This document shows positions 26,890 to 40,865 of a stretch of DNA of 64,000 bases, piece after piece. Numbering within the stretch: position 1 is the first letter of the stretch; each line of letters begins with the position of its first letter. The notes under the pieces are model-generated. The model made no database searches and had not been told where the DNA came from. It saw only the letters and a program-made list of their open reading frames with translations. The position numbers were made by a program, and so were the translations under genes. Source of the DNA: Lama guanicoe (taxonomy: Eukaryota); the NCBI GenBank assembly GCA_013239625.1, contig MU053881.1:15554373-15618372 (forward strand). Direction: 5' to 3'.

Positions 26890-28239
26890 TAGTAGATTTC
26901 CTTCTGTAGGCCCCTCCTGCTGTGTACACTTTTCTCACCTACTTAATCCCAAATTCTGTGAAAACGAGATCTTAATCTCAGGTCAACAGAGGCTTCTGCT
27001 GAGGTCATTGCAACCCTATCAACAAACCCAGCCCATCAACAGTGGAAACAAATATTGGGGTTATGTTCCCTATAATAATCAGTCTTTTCCCCTTAGAGAC
27101 ACCCAGCCTGCTCAGAAAAGCTCGCCCCTTAGGAGAGCCATGTTTGGCTCATGCCTGCTGTTGTTAAATAATACTTGTGTTCCCATCCAAGTCTCTCCTT
27201 TTCTATGTTACTGCTTCTTAAGAGGTCCAGCTTCTGGTCTGAAAGTCCCACAAACCTGCTGAAATTCATTTACCAGTGTTGATTTCCTTGTAGCCAGCCC
27301 AGGGGAGTCTGGTGAACACTTCCTGCTGCACAAGATAAAACTGCAAGTCAAGCAGAACAATCTGTGACCAGAAAAAAAAAAAAAAGAAAGAAAGAAAGAA
27401 AAAAGAAAAAGCTCCTTGGATCTCTAAAACTGATCCCCAGCTGAATTTAGGGCACGTTTTCTTTGCCTGGATTTGGTCATCGAGGCTCCTGGCTTTGGGG
27501 CCCCTGAGGGGAAGCTTTCAAGATGGTTCCCAGCAATCCCCCACCCCCCAGTATTCATGCCTTTGTGTAATTCCCTCCCTTTGGAGCAGGCTGGACTTAC
27601 TGACTTGCTTTTAATGAATATCATGCAACACAAATGATGAGATGTCACTTCCAAGATTAGATTTCAAAGATTATGAAACTTAATGTGTTCCTATTCCCCA
27701 AATGCCTAGCCTCCTTTGCAGTAAGGGTGGCCGTGTATGGAAATATGCTCTAGGGATTTCTAGGAAAGCTTCTATCCCCATAAAAGGGAGATGCAGCTGG
27801 CATCTCTTTCTCTATTCTTTTTGTCTTGAATGTGGATGTGATACCTGGATGTACAGCAGCCATTTTGCAACCAGAAGGCAAAAAGCCTGGGGATAGAGGA
27901 CATGCTAAACATGGTGGAGCCAAAAAAGAAAAAGTCTATAGTATTGTGGAGCATGTGAAGGGACACTTGTAGCTTTCTAGTTCTGGATTCTGGACTTCTT
28001 GTTACATAAGAAAAATACATCCATGTGTTTAAGCCAAAAAAAAAAAAAAGACTCTGTCTTCCATCTTGGATGTTCTCTTGGATCACTGGGGCCGGTGGAA
28101 GATAGCTGCTATGTCATGAGGCAGCCATGTGGAGTAAATGAGCATGCAAGTGATCCTTCAACCCCAGTGGAGTTTTGAGCTGACTCTAGCCGTGGCTAAC
28201 ACCTCAGCTGCAGCCTTGAAAGAGACCATAAGCCACAAG

Positions 28240-28682
28240 TACGCTGAATAATGGAAACTTTATTTAAAATGGAGGCCAAAAGGGGGAGCTCTCATACGCT
28301 ACCAATTGATGTCAATTACAGACCCCAACAGGAAAAGACCTACCTTGCATTCCCAGCAGGAGAGTTTCTCTACTCTACTACCACAGAAGGAGAAAGGAAG
28401 ATTTCTTTTTGCCCAGCAATAGGTCCAGCCAATGGGAACCGTCATAACTCAGCCAATCAGAAGCCATCCTTGCCCTGAACTTTTGCTTTCCTCCAATGGA
28501 CTTTCCTTCAAAGCCACCCCTCCCAACTTCCTCCTTTTCTCTAAAAGTAACATTCCTCCCCTTTGTCAGACTTGGCTATGTTTTTGCTGTAGTGTGCTTG
28601 TCCCAAACTGCAGTTCTCTGCTATTCCCAAATAAACCCATTTTGCTGGCAAAATAACTGGCTGTTTTATTTTTAAGGTCAAT
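28240..28682 (+). mobile_element. ERV1 LTR (MER34-like), copy 2, inserted in an MLT1 element
   Basis: Shares tttaaaatggag, gagctctcatac, gcccagcaatag, ctccaatggactttcc and tggctgttttatttt with copy 1; MLT1 sequence resumes at about 28684. Confidence 0.7.
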
Positions 28683-29469
28683 GCCAGCTAAGCTACTAAG
28701 CCACTCCCAGATTCCTGACCCACAGAAACCGTGAGATGAGTGTTCAACTGCTAAGCTTTGGGGTCATTTGTTACACAGCAGTAGATAGCTAATATAGGGC
28801 CTATTATGAGGACTAATAGTTTTTTTCTGGGAGTTGCTATGGTGCAGTTAGTCACTGTAGACGATCCAGAGGCCAGTCTTAAACTCTAGTGTGGAGACAA
28901 CTGTCTCATCAGATGATCCAACAGCTGGTAATTGGCAAAATGAGACAACTGTCAACCAAAAGAGCAGAAGAGGTTAACTCCATCTGACAATGTTTTCTGG
29001 ACAACCTCCTGATCAGCAAGATCCTGGCAGTGGTAAAATGTCAGATATCATAAATTAGTGCCCTGACAACCTGACTTCATGTGTTCTTAGCCAAAAGGAA
29101 GGATTGAGGAAAAAACACAATCTGAGTGCTGTCAGCTGGAAGTTTATCTGGCTCTATCAGCTTGGTTATTCAACAATGTCACAGAACTTCAAGCAAGGAC
29201 ACTCAGTGAGCAACAAGATAGAAGGAAGCAAGAGGCCTGAAATCGAATACCACCATGTGAAGTCTAGTTAATTTCATGGTGAAATCTACTTAATTGTGCT
29301 GTGTCAACATCAATCCTGGTTTGGATAATGTACTAAAATTACCTAAGATGTTACTATGGGAGGTAGTTGGGTGGTAGGTACATGGAACCTCTACTATTTT
29401 TGCAACATCTTGTGATCTATAATCATTTAAAAATTGTTTTAAAAAAGAAAAATATTTATCATCTTTATA

Positions 29470-29850
29470 ATCATGTTTGAACAGACCAAAACAAGAAAAC
29501 TGTACAAACCAAAAATATGGCCAAAAGTCACACCCCTTGGCTACCAGGAGCAACCATCGCTTCTCACAGTTACTAGGTGTAGCCTCGAGCCACTCCTCCT
29601 GTCTCCTAGATAAAAATCAAGATACTCAAATAGAGAATTGTCCCACATCCTCTTTGTGCCCAGTCCAGAGCAAAACTGCACCTCTTGAACCCAAGTATAA
29701 AAACAAGCCTCTTCTCAAACTCTAGCTAAGATGCTCACAGGTTCCCATGGTGTGTGTCTCCCGTTACAAGGAGCCAATAACCTGACACATCCAGCATTGT
29801 TCAGAGCTCCTGGCATTTCTGGCCAGGCCACTGGAAGAGGGTGCTGCAGA
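29470..29850 (+). mobile_element. Old ERV1 LTR (MER31/MER67-like)
   Basis: tataaaaacaagcc...gctcacaggttcccatggtgtgtgtctccc...ccaataacc resembles the recalled MER31-type LTR 3' half. Confidence 0.45.
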
Positions 29851-29964
29851 CAACTGGTGCTGTCTGCTGTGGTCAGAGCCTGGATTGTGGTCAGAGGGGA
29901 AGTTTTCTGCCCCTAAAATTCCCAAATTCTAGGAATTTGACACTTGAAAAACTCTAGATTCTTT

Positions 29965-31260
29965 TAATCTTAAGTTGGGGTAAAATATACATGAAATAAA
30001 ATTCATCATTTTAACTAGTTTTCAATGTTCAATTCAGTGGCATGTTAAGTATATTCACATTGTTGTGCAAAACCATCACCACCCTCGATCCACAGATACT
30101 TTTAATCATCTCAAACTGAAAATTGTCCCCATTAAACAGTGACCCCTCATTTTCTCCCCACATCCCCTGGCAAACCCCATTTTACTTTGTCTTTATGAAT
30201 CTGAACACTCTAGGGACCTCATATTAGTGGAATCATACAGTATTTGTCCTTTTGGTATTGGCTTATTATAATTAGCATAAAGTACTCAAAGTTCATCCAT
30301 CTTGTTTATCTCCTTTATTTCCTTTTTTTTTTTTAGATTCCACACATGGGTGATACCATATGGTATTTGATCATGTCAGAATCTCCTTCCTTTCTTAAAG
30401 GTGAATAACATTCCATTGTATGTATATATTGCATTTTCTTCATCCATTCATCTGTCAGTGGACACTTGGGTTGCTTCCATCTTTTGCCTATTTGAATAAT
30501 GCGGCTTTGAACATGAATGTGCAAAAATCTGTTTGATACTTGCTTTCAATTCTTTGGGGCGTGAACCCAGAAATGTGTTGCTGGATCATATAATTCTGTT
30601 AAATTTTTTAAGGGATGGGGTTTGCTTGCTTGCTTGCTTTTTCACTTTATTTTTTAAGAGGTGGTTTTCACTTTACTTTTTTTAAGGGGCGGTCACTTTA
30701 TTTTTTAATAATTGAAAAAATCTTTTGATTCTGTTAAATTTTTTGAGGAACTCCTAAATTGTTCTCCAATACTGGCTGTAATTCTTTTTTAAATCAATTT
30801 GTTTTATTTACCTTTATTTCTTGAGATGAAATGCACATGACATCAAATTTACCATTTAAAATGTAAAATTTAGTGACGTTACAGTCATGATGTAGTGCAA
30901 CCACCACCTCTATCTAATTCTAGAACCTTTCTATCACCCCAAAAGAAACTTGGTCCTCATTAGCAGTCACTCCCTGTATCCTTTTCTGCAGCCCCTGGCA
31001 ACCACCAATCTACTTTCTGTCTCTATGGATGTGCCTGTTCTGGACGATTCATATGAATGGAATCATACACTCTGTGGTCTTTTGTGACTGGCTTCTTTCA
31101 CTGAACATGATGTTTAAAGGTTCATGGAGTGGGTGAGAGTATAGTTCAGTGGTAGAGTATATGCTTAGCATGTGTGAGGTCCTGGGTTCAATTCCCAGTA
31201 CTTTCATTAAAAAAAAAAAGTTCATCTAAGTTGTAGTGTCTATCGGTACTTCATTCCTTT
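29965..31260 (-). mobile_element. L1 3' fragments (L1M-type) with an inserted SINE at about 31126-31215
   Basis: ORF 30333-30524 (KRWKQPKCPLTDEWMKKM) is the L1 ORF2 C-terminus and L1 3'UTR text is present; the SINE is flanked by aaaggttcat/aaaagttcat. Confidence 0.8.
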
Positions 31261-33429
31261 CTAGGAGGAGGGCTTGGAGATTTTGAGTCCATGCCTGTGC
31301 TCTGGGAGGTTTGTGTTCACGGCAGGACTCTTGGCCCCAAGACACAGGCCTGGAGAGAAGCCCATGGGTCCAGCCACATGCAGCCCGGGCCATGTGCCTC
31401 TGTCCTCCTCCACCCCAGCTGTGGGCTCTGACCCCGGCTAAAGGGCAGGAGCCTCTGCAGGCCTCTTGTCTTGAAAACAAATGTTTGAACAACGACTGAA
31501 TTCAGCAAACACTCTCGCTGCACCTTCATGTGGATGTCGGCAACCAAATGGGCTGGGGTGGGGACCAGGCGTTAACATGTGACCAGCCCCCTTAGAGACG
31601 CAAAGTCACTGTTTGCTTTCTGGGGTTGACCCTTCTCCCCAGTAGATGCAATCTGTGGGCTCTCTGCTGTCCTTGCACACCTCGAGTGTGTTTTCACTTT
31701 GCCCAGATAGCAGCTAATCTGGTGCCTCCTTCCCTACATCAAACATGGGCCTCCACCAGCAACCCTAGGCTGGGGTTCTCTCAGACCCTGTGGCCAACCT
31801 GGCAATGCCTTCTGTCAAGGGCAGTGCTTTTACACTGCCTTTGGAACATGCACCCATTTTTATGGACTGGAAAACTGAAGCTTCAAGGGAGTGAGCCACC
31901 CAGTCACTTTAGCTAGTAAACAGCAAAGTCAGAATTTGAACCCTACTCTACCTGACTCTACACCCAGAGTTCTCATCATCCCCCTGGGGGTGGGGATGAG
32001 GATGGGAAGGAGGAGAAAGAGCAAAGAGTCAGAATTGGCTTTATGTTGCCAGATGGATTTTGTTCCAAGGCAATAGGGAGCAATGGAGTGTGTGTTAGCT
32101 AGGGTGGGAGGTGGATCCTAGATCCCTCCAGAGTGTGGTGGGGTCAGGAGTGCTGGGAAGGGAGTCAGAAGGGCTGATTCAGAATCTGAATGAAAGGAAT
32201 CTGGGGGCCAATGGGTGCTGGGAGTGGGTGAGAGAGAGGGTCATATTTCTCCCCTGATTGTGCTGTTTTCTTGATTTCATCAAACATGAGCGCGGTGGGG
32301 GGTTGCAGATTGTCATAACAAGTCTTCCAGAACAATCTGGCTCTTTAAACTTAATATTGTGTGTTAAAAGATGACCAAAGAAGCCAATTTTAAAAAAAAA
32401 TCAAAAAATGAATAAAATTTATCATTACTGCTTGTGAAACATTTCTGTGATTTACTCTTGAAGATAAAAAGTAAATTTCAGAGTAATGTCAATAATGTGA
32501 TCCAGTATTCAGTTTTTTAAAAAGGGAAAGAAAATCTTTCCCTCTCTAGATTTTCTTTTTTCTTTTTCTTTTTTTTATGATGTTGGGGCTCTGCATTGCT
32601 GGGGCTACTGTGAGTTTGACCTGTTCTTTGAGTGATTCACTGTCAGATCAGGATTTGGAGAAAGCGATGTCGGTGACCCAGAGACGGGTAGCAGACTGCA
32701 CAGCAATTTCATCAGGTTTCTATACTGGTGGACAGTATGGTGTTAGGTGAGCTGCCTCCTGAGGAGCTACTGCTTTACGGGCATCCCAGATCCCAGTCTC
32801 AGTCTGAGACCTGGCCCTGGAAAGGACAGGGTTAAGGGTAGATCCTCCATTCTTGCCCTGCTGTGCCTTAGGTAAACCTGGAGCCAGGTGAGCCTGAAGC
32901 TAACAGAAGTAGTAGACCTGGGGAAGAGGTAGGTGGGGCCGTGCCAGTGGAAACTTACCTGATTCCTGTCCCAGGTCCTGTCTTCTGCTCAGTCTGGCTT
33001 CTTGACAACTCTCCCACCGCACCAGAACAAACAAGAATCTGGGGCCTCTGTCTTGGCCTCAGCTGCAGATGCCAAGATCAGCAGGAGAGACGGAGACATG
33101 CCTTGGGTCCTGGGGTGTGTGTGGGTAGTGGGGGCAGGGAGCTGTATGGCCCACCCCTTCCCCCACTTAGGAGAATAAGTCAATAGGACGGGTGTGGGGT
33201 GTAGAGGGTGAGGAGGAGCAGAAGGTAAGAACGTTTCCTAGAGTGCCAGGGTGGGCATCAGAGTCATTGGGAGGAGGAGCAGTTCTTGGAGGGCAGCTGG
33301 GAGCTGCTGGCTGGAAGTCACCCGGTTGAACTCATGCAGATGTTCTGCGCAGACCCTCCCCTGTACACTGTGGGAATCAGCTCAGCTGCAGGCCATGGAG
33401 ATGCCAGGAAGGGGTCAGGAGCCCGGGTG

Positions 33430-35310
33430 CATGCAAAAATGCTAAATAAAATATTAGCAAATTGAATTCAGCTGCACTTTAAAGGACAACATACCAGGGG
33501 CATGCAGAGTTTTAATTCCAAGGAGGCAAGAAAAATTCAGCCTTGGAAAGCCTCATTTACTCAATGAAGAGATGAAAGAAGAAAAATACCAAATGATCAT
33601 CTCACCATGATGGAAAAACATCAGATAACATTCAGCAACTACTTCCAATCTTTTAAAAAGTTCTTAGTAAAAGGGAAATAGGAAGGAATTAATCTGATCA
33701 AAGATTGTAATTAGAAAGGGACCATCTGCATTGTGTTGGACAGTGAAATAGAAGAGGTAACATATTCCAGAATGAGACATCACTGCTCACAATCATGGCT
33801 TATATTTAATGCTGATGCAGAAGTGCTGGTCAATGCAATAAGAAAAGAAAAAGAGTTGAGACCAGACCATTCATCTGTAGAAAATCTGCCTAGTTTTCTG
33901 TCTCCTGTAAGTATTATATCCTAGATTCTAGGTTCTCAAGATGGATACCTGGATTTTTTTTTTCTTTAACCTCAATGGTTTTTCTGAACCACGATGTGTT
34001 CCCCATTCACACTGACCCATTTCCTTGGACGTGGGTTGAGCAGCGTCATTCAAAGGTTCAGAGTTTCTGAACTCTGCTGATGTCGGGAGGTCTTACTATA
34101 AAGCTGTGGTAATCAAGACAGGGTGGTACTGATAGAGCAGACATCAAAGGTTCTCATCCAGGAACATTTTTGCCCTCAGGGATATTGGGCAATGTCTGGA
34201 GACATTTCTGGTTGTCAAGACTAGGGTGAAGGATGCGTTCATGGCATCTACTGAGTCAAGGCCAGGGATGCTGCTAAATATCCAGTACAATGCTCAGGAC
34301 AGTCTTTGTCACAAAGAATGGTCCAGCCCTAAATGTCAGTAATGCTGAAGATGCAACACCCTGGGATGGAGAAACAGACCAGTGGGCCGAAATAGAGAGT
34401 CTGGAAATAAACCCACATATGTACTGGCCACTTGATTTTTGATAAAGATGTCAAGGTAGTTCACTTGGGATTAGAAACAAAAAGAACACTTTTCATACAA
34501 AAAGTTTAACTCTTAAAACAATATAGCTCCTAGAAGGAAACAAACGCAAATGCCTTAGTGATTTTAGGTTAGGCAAAGATTTCTTAGATTGAACACAAAA
34601 AGCATCACCCCCCACCAAATTGCTATACCCTGATACCAAAGCCAATCAAAGACATAACAGAAAAAAGAATACTACGGACCAATATCTCTTACAAACATTG
34701 ATGCAAAAATTCTCAACAGAATACTAGCAAACTGATTTAAGCAACACATTACAAATATTAAACGTCATGATCAAGCAGGATTTATTCCTGGAATACAAGG
34801 AAAGTTCAACATGAAAATATCAATGTAATATACCACATTAACAAACTGAAGGGAAAAAATGGTATTATCTCAGTTGATGCAGAAAAATAGCATTTGACAA
34901 AATTTAACACACTTTTGTTAAAAAACACTCACCAAACCAAGAATAGAAGAAAACTACCTTGATATAATGAAGGCCATATATGAAAAACCCATAGCTCACG
35001 TCATACTCAATAGTCAGACTTAAAGCTTCTCCTCTAAGATCAGGGATAAGACAAGGATGTCTGCTTTTGCCACTTATCTTGACATAGTATTGGAATACCT
35101 AGCCAAAGCAATAAGGCATGAAGAAGAAATTATAGGCATCCAAATTGGAAAGGAAGAAATAAGATTATCTCTTTGGCAGATGACATGATCTCATATGTAG
35201 AAAACCTTGAAAATTCCATAAAAATCCGTTAGAATAAATAAATCAATTCAGCAAAGTTGAAGGATACAACTTTGTGGGACACAAATCACACTCAAAAATC
35301 AATTGCATTT
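33430..35310 (+). mobile_element. Degraded L1 ORF2 fragments
   Basis: RT-region text, e.g. aacattgatgcaaaaattctcaac, gcatttgacaaaatt and gcagatgacatgatc. Confidence 0.8.
34145..34363 (+). mobile_element. MER20-like hAT-Charlie DNA transposon fossil
   Basis: ggttctca...ggcaatgtctggagacatttctggttgtca...ggccagggatgctgctaaa...aaatgtcagtaatgctga...ccctg. Confidence 0.8.
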
Positions 35311-35757
35311 CTTTTTTTTTTCTTTTTGAGGTATAGTTGATTTACAATATTATATTGATTTTTAAGTGTACAACATGGTGATTCAAAATTTTTGTAGATT
35401 ATACTCCATTTAAAGTTGTTATAAAATATTGACTATATTCCCTGTGCTGTACAATATGTCCTTGCATCTTATTTATTTTATACAAACTAGTTTATACCTC
35501 TTAATCCCCTACCCCTATCTTGCTCCTTCCCATTCCATCTCTCCACTGGTAACCAATAGTTTGTTCTCTATAACTGTGAGTCTGTTGCTGTTTTGTTATA
35601 TTCATTCATTTTATTTTTTAGTTTCCACACATAAGTAATAACATGTAGCATTTGCCTTTTTCTTTCTGACTTATTTCACTGAACATAACACCCTCCAAGA
35701 CTATCCATGTTGTTGCAAATGGCAAAATTTTATTCTTTTTTATGGCTGAGTAATATT

Positions 35758-35798
<41 letters not shown>

Positions 35799-38700
35799 AT
35801 ACACACACACATCTTCTTTATCCATTCATCTGTTGATGGACACTTAGGTTGCATCCAGATCTTTGCTATTGTAAATAATGCTGTTATGACCATTGTGGTG
35901 CATGTATCTTTTTGAATTAGTGCTTGTGTTTTCTTAGGATATATATCCAGGAGTGGAATTCCTGGATCATATGGTAATTCTGTTTTCAGTTTTTTGAGAA
36001 ACCTCCACATTGTTTTACATAGTAGCTGCACCAATTTACACTCCTACCAACAGTGTACAAGGGTTCCCTTTTCTCCACATCCTCACTAGCATTTGTTATT
36101 TGTGGCCTTTTTGATGATAGCCATTCTGACAGATATGTGATGATACCTTGTGGTTTTGATTTGCATTTCTCTGATGATTAGCTATGCTGTGCATCTTTTT
36201 GTGTGCCTGTTGGGGCCATCTTATGTCTTCTTTGGAAAAATGTCTATTCATTTCTTCTGCCCATTTCTTGATTTTTTTAATATTGAGTTTTATAAACTGT
36301 TTATATATTTTGGATATTAACCCCTTATCAGTCATATCATTTGCAAATATTTTCCCCCATGCAGTAGGTTGTCTTTTTGTTTTGTCAGTGTTTTCCTTTG
36401 TTGTGCAAAAGCTTACATTTATGCTCCATTTGCTTATTTTTGCTTTTGTTCCCTTTGCCTTAGGAGACAGATTTTAAAAATTGCTATGATTTATGTCAAA
36501 GAGTGTTCTGCCTATGTCTTCTTCTAGGAGTTTTATGGGTTCTGGTCTTACATTTATGTCTTTAATCTATGTCGATTAATTGATTTAATTTACTTTTGCA
36601 CAAGAAAATGTTCTAATTTCATACTTTCACATGTAGCTGTCCAGTTTTCCCAGCACCATTTATCGAAGAGACTGCATTTTCCCCATTGTATATTCTTGCC
36701 TCCTTTTTGGATTAATTGACCATAAATGTGCGGGTTTATTTCTGGGCCCTTTATTCTCCTCAATTGATCTATGTGTCTGTTTTTGTGCCAGTACTATACT
36801 GTTTTGATTACTGTAGCTTCATAGTGCAGTCTGAAGTCAGGGAGCCTGGATACCTCCAGCTCTTTCCTTCTTTCTCAAGGTTGCTTTGACTGTTTGGAGA
36901 TTTGTGTGTTTTTATGCAAATTTTAAAAGTATTTGTTTTAGTTCTGTGAAAAATGCCGTTGGCATTTTGATAGGGATTATACTGAATCTGTAGATTGCCT
37001 TGGCAGTGTGGTCATTTTAACAATATAGTATCTCTTATTCCATGAACATGGTGTATCTTTCCTTTTATTACTGTCATCTTCAATGTCTTTCATCAGTGTC
37101 TTATAGTTTCCCAAGTACAGATCTTTTAGCACCTTAGTTAAATTTATTACTAGGTATTTTATTCTGTTTGATGTAATGGTAAATGGGGTTGTTTTCTTAA
37201 TTTCTCTTTCTGATAATTTGTTGTTAGTGCATAGAAATGCAACATATTTCTGTATATCAATTTTGTATCCTGCAGTGTTACCAAATTCATTGACATGCTC
37301 TAGAAATTTTTTGGTGGTGTATTTAGGATTTCCTATGTAAAGTATCATGTCATCAGCAAACAGTGACAGTTTTTACTTCTTCCTTTCCAAATTGGATTCC
37401 TTTTATTTCTTTCTCTTGTGTGATTGCTGGGGCTAGGACTTCCAGTATTATGTTGAGTAAAAGTGACAAGAGTTGGTATCCTTGTCTTGTTCCTGATCTT
37501 AGAGGAAATGCTTTCTGCTTTTCACCATGGAATATGATGTTAGCTGTGGGTTTATCATATAAGGGTTTTATTATGTTGAGGTATGTTCCCTCTAAACCCA
37601 CTTAGTGGAGAGTGTTTTTTATAAATCATAAATTGATGTTGAATTTTGTCAAAAGATTTTTCTGCATCTATGGAGATGATAATATGATTTTTATTGTTCA
37701 GTTTGGTAAGGTGGTATGTTACATTGCTTGATTAGTGGATGTTGAACCATCCTTGAATCCCTGGGATAAATCCCACTTAATCATGGTGTGTGATCTTTTA
37801 AATTTATTGTTGAATTTGCTTTGCTATTATTTTGTAGAGGATTTTTGCTTCTATGTTTATCAGTGTTGATGGCCTATAATTTTCTTTTTCTGTTTTTGGT
37901 ATCAAGGTGATACTGGCCTTGTAGAGTGAGTTCGAAAGTGTTCTTTCCTCTGCAATTTTTGGGAATAGATTGAGAAGGATTGTTGTTAACTCATCTCTAA
38001 ATGTTTGATAGAATTCACCTATGAAGCCATCTGGTACTGGACTTTTGTTTATTAGTATTATTATTGTTATTGTTATTGTTATTATTACTGATGCAGTTTC
38101 ATTACTGATCTATTGATGTTTTCCATTTCTTCCTGGTTCAGTCTTGGGAGATTGTATATTTCTAGGAATTTGTCCATTTATTCTAGGTTGTTCATTTTAT
38201 TGATGTATAGTTGTTTGTAGTAATCTTAACATCCTTTGTATTTCTGTGGTGTTGGTTGTAATTTCTCCTTTTTCATTTCTGATTTTATTGATTTGAGCGC
38301 TCTCTCTGTTTTTCTTGGTGAGTCTGGCTAAAGGTTTATCAATTTTGCTTATCTTTGCAAAGAACTAGCTCTTAATTTCATTGATCTTTTCTTTCTTTTT
38401 TTAAGTCTCTATTTCATTTATATTTGCTCTGAATTTACAATTTATTTCCTTTAGTAACTTCGGATTTTGTTTGTTCTTTTTTTCCTAGTTCCTTTAGGTA
38501 TGAGATTAGGTTGTTTATTTGAGATTTTTCTTGTTTCTTGAGGTACACTTGTATCTCTATGAAATTCCTTCTTAGAACTGCCTTTGCTGGATCCCATAGA
38601 TTTTTTTGTCGTGTTTTTGTTTCACTTGTCTTTTGTTTTTTAAATTTTTAAATTTCTTCTTTAATTTCTTCTGTGATCCATTAGTTGTTTGGTAGCATAT

Positions 38701-39198
38701 TGTTTAGCCTCCACATGTTTCTGGTTTTTGCAGTCTTTTTCCCTTATGATTGCTTTCTAGTCTCATAGCATTGTGGTCAGAAAAGATGCTTGATATGATT
38801 TCAATTTTCATAAATTTATTGGAACTTGCTTTGTGGACTAGCATGTGATCTATCCTGGAGAATGTTACATGTGCACTTGGAAAGAATGTGTATTCTACTG
38901 CTTTTAATTTTTTTTAAATGGATGTACTGGAGATTGAACCCAGGACCTCCTAAATGCTACACAAGCACTCTACCACTGAGCTATGCCCCCTTCTGCTGCT
39001 TTTAGATGGAATGTCCTATCTATCTATCTGTCTACCTAACATCTATCTAGTCTATTTAGTCTAATGTATCATTTAAGGCCAGTGTTTCCTTATTAACTTT
39101 CTGTCTGGATAACCTGTCCAATGATATAAGTAGGGTGTCAAAATCCCCTACTATTTTCGTGTTACTGCTAATCTCTCCCGTTATGTGTGTTAATATTT
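35311..39198 (-). mobile_element. 5'-truncated L1 (~3.9 kb), inactive
   Basis: Poly-T/3'UTR at 35311, frameshifted ORF2 pieces 35618-36034, 36977-37348 and 37353-37601, and a 5' end inside the endonuclease domain (IVGDFDT). It contains (TG)n at 35760-35796 and a SINE at 38907-38990 with a 14-bp TSD. Confidence 0.9.
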
Positions 39199-40600
39199 GG
39201 TGGGAATATAAAACAGTATTTAAAACTTAAGCAGTATTTAAAACAGGAATGTAAAACCGTATTTAAAAATTAAATAGAATGATCATATGATCCAGTTTTC
39301 CACTTCTAGGTATAAACCCAAATGAATTGAAATCAAATATTGAACAGATATTTTGACATCAGTGTTCACAGCAGTATTATTCACAGTAGGCAAAAGGTTG
39401 AAACAATCCAAATGTCGATTGATGGATGAATGATAAACAAAATGTGGTATATAGATACAATGGAATATTAGCCTTTTAATGGAAAGAAATTCTGACTCCT
39501 GCTACAGCACGAATGAATCTTGAAGATATTATGTTAAATGAAATAAGCCAGACACAGAAGGACAAATAATTTATGATTCCACTTACATGAGAGTCATAGA
39601 ATAGTCAGACTCATAGATAAAGAAAGTAGAATGGTGGTTACTAGGGGCTGAGGGGAGAGGAGAATGGGAAATTAGTATTTATGGGTATAGAGTTTCAGTT
39701 TCAGATGATTAAAAAGTTCTGAAGCTAGATGGTAGTAATTGTACAACAATGTGAATGTACTTAATAACACTGAACTATACACTTAAAATTGGCTAAAATC
39801 ATAAATTTTATGTTATGTATATTTTGCCACAGAAAAGAGAAAAAGAAAAAAAGTGATAATTTTTGATAGAACAGAACTACAATTCTGCTCTTTCAAAGGC
39901 AGTCTTAAGCAACTGAGGAGGCAAGGCATGGCAGAAAATATTGGCAATGCCTGTAACCAATGAAGAACTTGTATCCAGAATATAGAAAGGATTCTTACAA
40001 TAATAAGAAGATATCCCAATTAAAATTTGAAGCAACCAGAACCTAACACATTGTAAATCAACAATACTTCAATTTTTTAAAAATTTTGGACAAAAGATTT
40101 GAGCAAACACTTGGCTAAAAATACATGGATGGACAATAAGCACAAGAAAAGATGTTCAACATCGTAAGTTATCAGAGAAATATAAATCAATACCACAGTG
40201 AGATACTACCACACACACCCTAGTGTGGCCAAAATTAAAAGGACAGGCCATACTAAGCGCTGCAAGGATGTGGAGCAATTAGAACTCTTATACATTGTTC
40301 GTGACACTGTAAAGGGAATCAACCACCTTGGAAAATGGTTTGACAGTTTCTGAAATAAACATACACCTACCATTGGATCCAGCCATTTCACTTCTAGGAA
40401 TTTACCCAAGGGAAATTAAAGTGTCTCACACAAAAACTTGTACACTAATGTGCATAAGCAACTTTATTTGCAATAGCCAAAAGCTGGAAATAACATGAAT
40501 GTTAGTGAATGGATGAACAAACTGTGGTCCCCCTATACAGTGCAATAGTACTCAGCAAGAGTAAGTGATGAGCCACTGATACACATGAAAACATGACTGG
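39199..40600 (+). mobile_element. L1M 3' end fragments
   Basis: ORF2 C-terminal and 3'UTR text (aaataagccagacacagaaggacaaata, tagaatggtggttactaggggctg). Confidence 0.8.
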
Positions 40601-40865
40601 GTCCCTAAAAGGGCAGCCAAACCAGTTTGTTCTGCCTGCACTGTGGGGTTCTAGCCCCGCCCACGCCCCCGTCTCCCCTCCACATTTCCAACTTGGACTC
40701 TGCTCTGAGGAAGGACCATCCATCAGTGGAAGGTCTGTTTCCCACTTTCCTCAGTAATTGACTTAAAATTTGTGATGGCCGCATTTAAGTCCAAATCTAA
40801 AGGTCTCCACAAAACAGCCTGCACAGAGGGCCAGGTCTCTGGGAAAGAAGCCAGATCTGGAGGGG

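Noticed and set aside
35618..37601. Reverse-transcriptase-like ORFs as an active or domesticated gene
   Set aside because: They are frameshifted pieces of a 5'-truncated L1
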